Source: a virus
Direction: 5' to 3' (one strand)
DNA: 31,987 bases
IMG/VR virus record: IMGVR_UViG_3300045988_053677
Span: 1 to 31,987 of that record
Shown here: in pieces, positions 17,372-24,063 of the stretch
Position numbering within the stretch: the stretch's first letter is position 1
Layout of the letters: each line of letters starts with the position of its first letter
Translations under genes and position numbers: made by a program
The notes under the pieces: model-generated
The model's database searches: none
What the model was told of the DNA's origin: nothing
The model's input: the letters and a program-made list of their open reading frames with translations, nothing else

Positions 17372-17397
17372 ACCGCCTTTATGGCGGTTCTTTTTTT
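17372..17397 (+). terminator. Rho-independent terminator
   Basis: ACCGCC (17372-17377) / GGCGGT (17383-17388), loop TTTAT, followed by TCTTTTTTT. Confidence 0.8.
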
Positions 17398-17402
17398 ATC
17401 TA

Positions 17403-17424
17403 CATCACGAAAGTGGTGTTTTTT
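17403..17424 (+). terminator. Second, tandem rho-independent terminator
   Basis: CATCAC-GAAA-GTGGTG (one G-U pair, GNRA loop) followed by TTTTTT. Confidence 0.65.
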
Positions 17425-17432
17425 AATTTCCA

Positions 17433-17458
17433 CGAGGTTGTCAAATGCGTATCTGATA
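17433..17458. repeat. Right copy (inverted) of the 26-bp repeat; lies in the loop of a 7-bp hairpin (CACGAGG 17431-17437 / CCTCGTG 17460-17466)
   Basis: CGAGGTTGTCAAATGCGTATCTGATA is the reverse complement of 14085-14110 with one mismatch, at 17440. Confidence 0.9.
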
Positions 17459-17775
17459 GCCTCGTGCAGAATTAACAAACTGTAATATTACGATTACGTA
17501 AGCGACACCGTAAAAGAGCGTACGACGAAAATTATACAAGCGTGACAGATTGCTCGAAGGTTCAGGCGTAACACGTGTAGAAGTTAGTATTTTAACAATT
17601 TGGAATTAGTGGGTAGCGTCGAGCGGTTTGATAGCCGCTAGCACATTTTTAATTCAGCTGGCGTTCGATGGGTTAAGTTTTATTACAACTTTGTAGTTCT
17701 TGTTTATTTTCGAACGCTCAGCGCTGCTCACTACAGGTCTCCCACACCTGCGCTAAAAAGTGGGCAGTATAAAGC

Positions 17776-17796
17776 AAAAACCGCTCGAAAGAGCGG
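17776..17796 (-). terminator. Hairpin that reads as an intrinsic terminator only on the minus strand
   Basis: The + strand reads AAAAA-CCGCTC-GAAA-GAGCGG. On the minus strand the stem is followed by TTTTTGCTTT; on the + strand no U-tract follows. Confidence 0.4.
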
Positions 17797-17836
17797 CTAC
17801 AAAGCCATTATATCAAATGGCAGATTGAGAGTAAAT

Positions 17837-18076
17837 ATGAAAATTAACGTAAAGCAAATTAGAGCAAGTTATCGCTTTGATTTCTTTGATAACGAGTGGT
17901 ATTGCAACCACGATAACCTAGAAGTAATTCAACCTTGCTGTTCAGGTAAAGAAGCTGAATGGTGCGGTTGCCAGGGCGAACCTGAGTTTTATTGTCCAAA
18001 TCCTGATTGTGACGGAATTGAGGACGAAGTTGTAAACATATGTGCTAGAGAGGAATTAATACAATGTCTAGCTTAA
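17837..18076 (+). CDS. Cys-rich small protein (possible Zn-binding), unknown function
   Basis: ATG 17837 follows GAGAG. The sequence has CC, CGC, CPNPDC and further Cys residues. The ORF-track start at 17825 is a TTG. Confidence 0.5.
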   Translation: MKINVKQIRASYRFDFFDNEWYCNHDNLEVIQPCCSGKEAEWCGCQGEPEFYCPNPDCDGIEDEVVNICAREELIQCLA

Positions 18077-18288
18077 AAGAGAATAAAGAAAACAAAAAAC
18101 AAAACAAGGAGAAGAAAATGAAAAAACTTAATATTGAAACTATCAAAACTATTATTATTACTATTTTAATTACAGGGATCATCGCTTTTATCGGCGGTAT
18201 GCAATATCAGAAGAACCAGACTGAACAAGTCAAAACTGAAGCAGCGACAATCGTCAAGAATGTCAAAGTTGAAGTGTCAAAACAGTAG
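18064..18288 (+). CDS. Lys-rich N-terminus plus a single TM helix; probably the membrane-anchor half of a frameshift-split transglycosylase
   Basis: The TM segment is IKTIIITILITGIIAFIGG. The gene ends at TAG 18286, just after the A4 run at 18279-18282. Confidence 0.55.
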   Translation: MSSLKENKENKKQNKEKKMKKLNIETIKTIIITILITGIIAFIGGMQYQKNQTEQVKTEAATIVKNVKVEVSKQ

Positions 18289-18365
18289 CGACGGAAAAGC
18301 GGCAACCGTCGCCACCACAAACTGCCGCAAGGGTTGAAGCCTCGCCTACACCTCAAAAACCTGCT

Positions 18366-18695
18366 GTGGAGGCAGGACGTGTAGGCGGCTGCGACAGGTT
18401 TCAACCTTTACTTGAGAAATACAACTGGGACGTGCGAATTATGAAAGCCATTATGCAAGCTGAAAGCTCGTGTAATGAAAACGCTACAGGCGACACGAGC
18501 CTGACATTTACACAAAACGGAAGAATATACGGTTATTCAGTCTCTCTATTTCAGGTAAGGATTTTGCCTGGTCGAGAAGCTTGTGATTCGCACAATCCAG
18601 AAATAAACATTGACTGCGCTTATCACGTGTGGAAAACACAAGGATATAAAGCTTGGTCAGTTTACACAAATGGAAGATATTTAAGATTTTTATAG
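18366..18695 (+). CDS. Lytic transglycosylase (SLT/lysozyme-like) domain protein
   Basis: AIMQAESSCNENATGDT...YGYSVSLFQV fits the SLT pattern E-S...GLxQ. The frame is open from 18273 and encodes a Pro-rich linker upstream. GTG 18366 has no SD. Confidence 0.65.
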   Translation: MEAGRVGGCDRFQPLLEKYNWDVRIMKAIMQAESSCNENATGDTSLTFTQNGRIYGYSVSLFQVRILPGREACDSHNPEINIDCAYHVWKTQGYKAWSVYTNGRYLRFL

Positions 18696-18708
18696 AAAGG
18701 AGGCATAG

Positions 18709-19269
18709 ATGAGTGAATTATACAAAGCCCTACAAGAGTTTCGTAAAATAACACCACTTGTGAAAGCCTCAAAAGAGAACCCGTATTTCAAAAGCAAGTA
18801 TGCAGACTACAACATTGTAGTTAGTGAAACACGAGAGGATTTAGAGAAATGTGGATTGATGGTTAAACAAACAATTAGCCATATCGATACTAAAACAGCT
18901 ATTAGGACAAAGCTTATTCACCTAGAAAGCGGTGAGGTGCTTGAAGATGTTGCACCAGTTGAAAGCGCGCCTAACAATCCTCAGACGCAAGGCTCAGGCA
19001 TTACTTACATGAAGCGATATTCATACATAGCAATGCTTGATTTACTTGTCGATACTGATGATGACGGTAATCTTGAACGCAAACTCAAAGAAAGAACCGA
19101 CAAAGAGTCTGCTGACCTAAAAGCTGCTGAAAAAGCCTTACGAGCTTGTAAGACTTTAGGTGAATTAAAAGAAAAGTATATTGAGATCCTCAAAGCTAAT
19201 CCAAAGCTATCACGTGAGCTTGTCGGCGTTAAGGATGAGGTAAAGGCAAAGCTAGGAGGTAACGAATGA
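18709..19269 (+). CDS. erf: ERF-family single-strand annealing protein
   Basis: The pattern LYKALQEFRKITPLVKASKENPYFKSKYADY...GSGITYMKRYSYIAMLDL...DDDGN is typical of the ERF superfamily. Confidence 0.75.
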   Translation: MSELYKALQEFRKITPLVKASKENPYFKSKYADYNIVVSETREDLEKCGLMVKQTISHIDTKTAIRTKLIHLESGEVLEDVAPVESAPNNPQTQGSGITYMKRYSYIAMLDLLVDTDDDGNLERKLKERTDKESADLKAAEKALRACKTLGELKEKYIEILKANPKLSRELVGVKDEVKAKLGGNE

Positions 19270-20048
19270 AAATCCTAGATCTTGAACAACGAAGTCAAGA
19301 ATGGTTGGATTTTCACGAAGGCAGGATTTCAGGCTCATCAGCAAAAGATTATTCATCAGTTCGGTATATACCAAAAGCCGAGCTGATCGAATTTGCTGAA
19401 AGTAAAGGCTATGATTTTCCAAAAAATCTAACCATGGATAATATCAAGGCGATGCTTGCAGAAGATGAATTGAATGAACTCTATGCGAATGTTCAAATAA
19501 ACGATTCAATCTATAAGTTAATTGCTCAACGAATAGCCAAACCAATTAATCCGAATGACTACGCAGATAGAATACCAGAAGGCGCTACTTATTCGGCTAT
19601 GCTGAGAGGTCAAATCCTAGAAGATGAAGCTAGGGAGCTGATTTCTGAAAAACTTGGCAAGAAAATTATCCCTGGTCGAGTTTGGCAATCTGAAGAAAAC
19701 GAATATATGATTTGCTCACCAGACGGCGAAATTGTAGACGATACAGGAAAAGTCTCAGAGGCTGTAGAAATCAAATGCTTGGATAGTTGGAAAGTGGTCA
19801 AAGCTTACTATGAAAAACATCCGCCACTTGATTATGAAGCCCAGATTATTCAGTACTTCTTAGTAAATGAAAATCTACAAAAACTCTACTTCTGTATTTA
19901 TTCGGACGTGTTCACGAATCCCGATTTAGGGTTACAAATATTTGAATTAAAGCGAGAAGATTATCGAGAAAAAATCGAGCTAACTGGCAGAGTGCAAAAC
20001 GCCACTCTTGGATTAGTTGAAAGAGAAGTCCAAAAATTAATGTTCTAA
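19266..20048 (+). CDS. YqaJ-like (lambda Exo-type, PD-(D/E)xK) recombination exonuclease
   Basis: The N-terminus is QRSQEWLDFHEGRISGSSAKD. SPDGE...AVEIKC matches the D...ExK catalytic motif. Overlaps the erf stop by 4 nt. Confidence 0.75.
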   Translation: MKILDLEQRSQEWLDFHEGRISGSSAKDYSSVRYIPKAELIEFAESKGYDFPKNLTMDNIKAMLAEDELNELYANVQINDSIYKLIAQRIAKPINPNDYADRIPEGATYSAMLRGQILEDEARELISEKLGKKIIPGRVWQSEENEYMICSPDGEIVDDTGKVSEAVEIKCLDSWKVVKAYYEKHPPLDYEAQIIQYFLVNENLQKLYFCIYSDVFTNPDLGLQIFELKREDYREKIELTGRVQNATLGLVEREVQKLMF

Positions 20049-20064
20049 GGAAAGGATAAGGGGT

Positions 20065-20592
20065 ATGACGGACGAAGAATTGAAGAATATGAAATTAAGT
20101 GAGGAAGATTTGAAAGAGTCGACATATTTTACTGAGGGTGTTCACGCTGTAACAATCACCGAAGCTACTTTTGAAAAAAATGCAAACGATAAAGTGTTTC
20201 TGAATGTGAAGGTTCAAGGCACAAACGGTGAGCAAGGCGATGCCAAGTTATGGTTTACTGGTGCGGCAACGCCTTTTTCTGTTGATAAAATCCGTAAGAT
20301 TTTTGTACATAATGCAAAAGATGATGAGCAGAAACAGAAGATTCGTGACTTTTTCAAATCTATGAAGAGCCTATATGAAATGTCTCAATTAATCCAGAAA
20401 TTGCCAGGAAAGTCTTGTTGGTACACAATCCAAAAAACAGAAGAGACATATATAGATAATAACGGTGACGAGAAATATCGATATGAGCGAAATATCTGGG
20501 GATATGAGCCAAAGCTGAAGAGTAAATCTGAAAATATTACTGAAGACATTGACCTTAGCGAGCCTGTCGATTTGAGCGAAATACCTTTTTAG
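20065..20592 (+). CDS. Putative phage single-stranded DNA-binding protein with SSB-like C-terminal tip
   Basis: Lies next to the erf/exo pair. The C-terminus DIDLSEPVDLSEIPF mimics the bacterial SSB acidic tail ending in IPF. Confidence 0.5.
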   Translation: MTDEELKNMKLSEEDLKESTYFTEGVHAVTITEATFEKNANDKVFLNVKVQGTNGEQGDAKLWFTGAATPFSVDKIRKIFVHNAKDDEQKQKIRDFFKSMKSLYEMSQLIQKLPGKSCWYTIQKTEETYIDNNGDEKYRYERNIWGYEPKLKSKSENITEDIDLSEPVDLSEIPF

Positions 20593-20600
20593 GAGGTTAA

Positions 20601-20810
20601 ATGACGAGAAGAAAAAAAGTCTACCTTCTCGAAACTGACAATGGGTTTACTATCAGAATTGTAGACCCAGACCTCAGTTTTATGAGGAAGTATAAATGGT
20701 CATTTATAGATAATGACTTGGTAGTCTCACGCAGACTTGAAAAGGGGGAAGATGATGGGTTTACAGAAATTGTATCTAGTAAAAAGCGACGATTCAAATC
20801 GAAACTTTAG
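20601..20810 (+). CDS. Hypothetical protein (69 aa, basic)
   Basis: ORF preceded by SD AGGAGG. No motif recognised. Confidence 0.5.
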   Translation: MTRRKKVYLLETDNGFTIRIVDPDLSFMRKYKWSFIDNDLVVSRRLEKGEDDGFTEIVSSKKRRFKSKL

Positions 20811-20906
20811 AAAGCGAAAAGACGCACGGCAATTTCAGAAAAAATACGGTGGAGTAATTCACAAAATAACAATGATAGATAATTTCATTGTCGAGAGGGT
20901 AATGTG

Positions 20907-21161
20907 ATGAAAGATTTGTTCAAAAAAGAGCGTGAAGCCTGGATAGAAAACGCTCGTGTAACCGCTAAGAAACTATTAGAAGATAAATCGCTTATCACGA
21001 TCGAGGACGTCTTAAAAGAGTGCCCTCGCCCTGAATACATACACAGGAACACAACTGGCAACATATTCAGATGTGATGATTTTAAGCCTGTTGGCTGGCG
21101 AAAAAGTGAACGACCGATCATGAATGGCAGATTCGTAAGAGTTTGGCGTTTAGGAGAATAG
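20907..21161 (+). CDS. Hypothetical protein (84 aa)
   Basis: ATG 20907 lies 7 nt after GAGAGGG. No motif recognised. Confidence 0.5.
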   Translation: MKDLFKKEREAWIENARVTAKKLLEDKSLITIEDVLKECPRPEYIHRNTTGNIFRCDDFKPVGWRKSERPIMNGRFVRVWRLGE

Positions 21162-21162
21162 C

Positions 21163-21531
21163 GTGGCGAGTCGAAAATTAATTCAGAAAGCTGATAGGGT
21201 TTTCTCAAAATACATACGAATGAGAGATTCTGAAGACGGATTTTTTGTCTGTTGTTCTTGTGGTCAGAGAAAGCCTTTTGAACAGGCTGACGCTGGACAC
21301 TTCATAAATAGAAGATGGATGGCTCTCAGATACGACGAGCGAAACGTACACGCACAATGTCGGTCATGTAATCGATTCGATGAAGGAAATATGATTGGCT
21401 ACACAAGATTCATGCTTAAAACTTACGGTGAGGATGTTGTTGACCTGTTAGAAAGCATGAAAAAGCCCTACAAATGGACAGACGGAGAGCTGGAAATCTT
21501 AATTAAAGACTTAAAAAACAAAGGACAATAA
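21163..21531 (+). CDS. ninG: NinG/Rap-like recombination endonuclease
   Basis: KADRVFSKYIRMRD...CCSCG...AGHFINRR...NVHAQCRSCN..DEGN matches the lambda NinG family pattern. GTG start follows AGGAGA. Confidence 0.7.
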   Translation: MASRKLIQKADRVFSKYIRMRDSEDGFFVCCSCGQRKPFEQADAGHFINRRWMALRYDERNVHAQCRSCNRFDEGNMIGYTRFMLKTYGEDVVDLLESMKKPYKWTDGELEILIKDLKNKGQ

Positions 21532-21666
21532 ATGTTTATTTTAATTTGGATAATAATCGTCATGTTCTTGCTAATTTTCGTAGCAATCTCAGAGTACGAA
21601 ATAGCTAAGCAAGACGCAGAATGGATAAAAGAAGCAAAGGAGAAAAATCAATGGAAAAAGAAGTAA
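21532..21666 (+). CDS. Small membrane protein (44 aa), below the ORF-track cutoff
   Basis: ATG lies directly after the ninG stop. MFILIWIIIVMFLLIFVAI is a TM helix followed by a charged tail. Overlaps the next start by 16 nt. Confidence 0.35.
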   Translation: MFILIWIIIVMFLLIFVAISEYEIAKQDAEWIKEAKEKNQWKKK

Positions 21667-21839
21667 TACAACCTTATTACGAGGACGACTATCAATCGCT
21701 AGATGAGATGAGTACTATCGACTTACTAGAAATGAAGGATAGTGCGTTAGAAGAATTAAACGAGCGAGAGCATATTATTCATCGAATCAATCAAATATTA
21801 GACAGTCGTATCGAAGGCGAACGACCTAAGCTATTTTAA
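21651..21839 (+). CDS. Hypothetical acidic protein (62 aa)
   Basis: ATG 21651 lies 8 nt after AAGGAG. The ORF-track start at 21621 lacks an SD. Confidence 0.5.
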   Translation: MEKEVIQPYYEDDYQSLDEMSTIDLLEMKDSALEELNEREHIIHRINQILDSRIEGERPKLF

Positions 21840-21848
21840 GGAAAAGAT

Positions 21849-22433
21849 ATGAAATACAAGCTTCTAAAAGATACGCCTACAATCAAAGCTGGAACTATAT
21901 TTGAAAAAGTCGTTCGTGGCGTTGATGGAATAAAAGGGTCAGCTGTAGTTATACCAATCGGAGCCAACACAGATTTTCAGTGGACTATTAAAGATATAGA
22001 TAACTTTGACGAGTGGTTTGAGGAAATCGAAGAACCATTAGACAGTATTCATTGGGAGCCTAAAATTGGTGATAGGTGTTTTATTCTTGAGAATACCAAT
22101 ATAAGACCAACAAACTATACTGGAATGTTACGTGATTACAATGCTTGGCGTACTGGCAGAGTATTCCGCACTGAAGAAGAGTGCGAAAAAGCACGCGACC
22201 GTGAACTAGCAGAAGTCAGACTACAACGAACCTCAAACTTTGAGCCAGATTTTGAGGATTGTAGAGGTGGATGGGTAGTCTACTACAATTACAAGGACAA
22301 AGAACTATACGCATACGATACTGACTATGACGATTCTGGTGAAATCGTACGCTATGCAACCAAAGAAGAAGCTGAAAAATCTATAAGAGAAAATCGAGAA
22401 GATTGGATGAAACATTTTGGAGTAAAGGAGTAA
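21849..22433 (+). CDS. Hypothetical protein (194 aa)
   Basis: Clean ORF with SD AAGGAAAAG. No motif recognised. Confidence 0.55.
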   Translation: MKYKLLKDTPTIKAGTIFEKVVRGVDGIKGSAVVIPIGANTDFQWTIKDIDNFDEWFEEIEEPLDSIHWEPKIGDRCFILENTNIRPTNYTGMLRDYNAWRTGRVFRTEEECEKARDRELAEVRLQRTSNFEPDFEDCRGGWVVYYNYKDKELYAYDTDYDDSGEIVRYATKEEAEKSIRENREDWMKHFGVKE

Positions 22434-22436
22434 AGT

Positions 22437-22667
22437 ATGGCTGGCAATACGATTGGTGGTAAGAAAGCCGCTCAGAAAAACCTAGCAAGCAACCCGAACT
22501 TTTATGCAGAAATCGGACGAAAAGGCGGCTCTGCTACATTTGCATCACACGGAACTTGTAAAGGATTCGCACAAGATATCGAATGCGATTGCGATCTAAT
22601 CGACGGTCCTCACTTTGTAAAAAAGTGTGCAGGTAAAAAAGGCGGTCGTATCAGTAAACGAAAGTAA
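22437..22667 (+). CDS. KGG-repeat (general-stress-protein-like) small basic protein
   Basis: GGKKAAQKN...FYAEIGRKGG...AGKKGGRISKRK resembles the KGG stress-protein repeat. Confidence 0.45.
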   Translation: MAGNTIGGKKAAQKNLASNPNFYAEIGRKGGSATFASHGTCKGFAQDIECDCDLIDGPHFVKKCAGKKGGRISKRK

Positions 22668-22682
22668 CAGAAAGGAGTTTTT

Positions 22683-22880
22683 GTGTGGAGGTTATGGCAT
22701 AAATTATTCGGTTGGGATTACATTCAATGGAATCTAGGTACGCACGGAATTAGACGAATACGAGTAGCCCCGAATGGACTTGTCTATTTTATGTGTCTTG
22801 GTGAGATTATTAATCTAGCTGAACCAGGATACCATAAAATTATGTACTTGACTTGCTCGAAGGATAAATACGTCAGGTAA
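22683..22880 (+). CDS. Hypothetical protein (65 aa, Trp-rich)
   Basis: GTG start follows AAAGGAG. No motif recognised. Confidence 0.4.
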   Translation: MWRLWHKLFGWDYIQWNLGTHGIRRIRVAPNGLVYFMCLGEIINLAEPGYHKIMYLTCSKDKYVR

Positions 22881-22914
22881 ACGGGTACAATTTGTACCCA
22901 GTAGAACATTAACA

Positions 22915-23391
22915 TCAACCGCAGAACTGGACAGATGACTATTTTGCCCACCCGAGTCGTCTGTTCAACTGGCGACATAATCTGAGGAATAAAGCTGGGT
23001 TCCCGAATGGGAGTAAGCCGAAAGGTGAGAAATCCTTTGCTCCGTGATTGTGTTGTCAACTGGCAACATCAAACCTTAAAGTAATTAACTCACTTAATGA
23101 TATACAAATTGGTGTTGTCAACTGGCTATATAAGTGGCGGAATAGGTAGACGCTAAAAGGAGAAGATGTAAGAGTCCGTTAGCTTCGAAGGGTCTAATGG
23201 CTGGTGTTGCGTTACGGCGGATTTAGAGTGATGACGTGGAGTTATTCATGGAGCTACACGAACAGCTTGTTGTTACCGTCGGACAGCCCAACAGAACCAG
23301 GTAACGAGGCGTCCATGAAACGCCTACAATACCTCGACTCGCTGTGATGTGCAAATCATCACCTTATATAGCCAACCAGTTCTGCGGTTGA
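22915..23391 (+). ncRNA. Candidate large structured RNA (family unassigned); the alternative is an inverted-repeat-bounded DNA element
   Basis: 22915-22930 is perfectly complementary (16 bp) to 23376-23391, and 23123-23134 (12 bp) to 23363-23374. Several nested hairpins are present. There is no + strand ORF. Local GC is ~52-55% on two hand-counted lines versus 33-42% on two coding lines. Confidence 0.5.
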
Positions 23392-23427
23392 ATTAAACTA
23401 CACGAAATTGTGTAAATAAGGAAGATT

Positions 23428-23829
23428 ATGACCAAGCCACACTTTAGCTCATTAAGAATGGACTGGCGAACGCCCAAAGCTGTCTATCAGGTTCTTGATT
23501 CAGAGTTTCAGTTTGACCACGACCCATGTCCTGCTGGTTGGGACGGCAAAATTGATGGGCTGTCCAGCGATTGGGGCAAATCAAACTACGTCAACCCACC
23601 ATACGGTAGAGAATTACCAAAATGGATTGAGAAAGGTCACCAGGAATGGCAGAAAGGTAAAACAGTCGTGTTTTTAATACCCAGCCGCACCGACACACGC
23701 TGGTGGCACGACTACTGCATGAAAGCAACCGAAATTCGTTACATAAAAGGCAGGCTTAAGTTTGATGACCAATCAAACCCGGCACCATTTCCGAGCGCGA
23801 TAGTGATTTTCAAAGGGAATATCAACTAA
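23428..23829 (+). CDS. dam: Phage Dam-type DNA N6-adenine methyltransferase
   Basis: WRTPKAVY...SNYVNPPYG (NPPY motif)...VVFLIPSRTDTRWWHD...PFPSAIVIF matches the phage N-6-adenine methyltransferase family. Confidence 0.8.
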   Translation: MTKPHFSSLRMDWRTPKAVYQVLDSEFQFDHDPCPAGWDGKIDGLSSDWGKSNYVNPPYGRELPKWIEKGHQEWQKGKTVVFLIPSRTDTRWWHDYCMKATEIRYIKGRLKFDDQSNPAPFPSAIVIFKGNIN

Positions 23830-23850
23830 ACCACTATAAAAAGGAGATAT

Positions 23851-24063
23851 ATGAAGAAAATGAAGTCTAAAATTGACTGGATGTTAATAGGTATTATCGT
23901 AGTGGCAAGTTTACCAATTATTGCCACTGGATCTCTGCTTGTTGTTTGGGAACTTCAAATGAATGAACAAGAGATTCAAAACAAGAACACTGAAGCCCGC
24001 TGTAAAACGGTTGGTGGTGAAATGGGATATTCAAAATGCTACAAGGACGGAAAGGAAATCTAA
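23851..24063 (+). CDS. Small membrane/secreted protein (70 aa)
   Basis: N-terminal TM or signal segment WMLIGIIVVASLPIIATGSLLVVW. SD AAGGAG. Confidence 0.5.
   Translation: MKKMKSKIDWMLIGIIVVASLPIIATGSLLVVWELQMNEQEIQNKNTEARCKTVGGEMGYSKCYKDGKEI

Noticed and set aside
17330-17400. Possible complete tRNA gene
   Set aside because: Only the acceptor 5' strand, D-arm and anticodon stem-loop can be drawn. After ACC (17371) the anticodon stem complement fails. There is no T-arm (no TTCRA loop) and no AAGCGGC 3' acceptor strand. The downstream hairpin is a terminator with a T7 tract.
22784-23059. 91-aa minus-strand ORF overlapping the 22915-23391 element
   Set aside because: It is antisense to the end of a + strand gene, has no SD, and has an odd composition. 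It spans only the left third of a region better explained by long-range base pairing. Treated as spurious.
22881-23427. Group I/II intron interpretation of the structured region
   Set aside because: The flanking genes look complete: the 65-aa ORF has its own stop, and the Dam-like gene has its own SD, ATG and a family-typical N-terminus. No interrupted host gene, homing endonuclease or reverse transcriptase is present.
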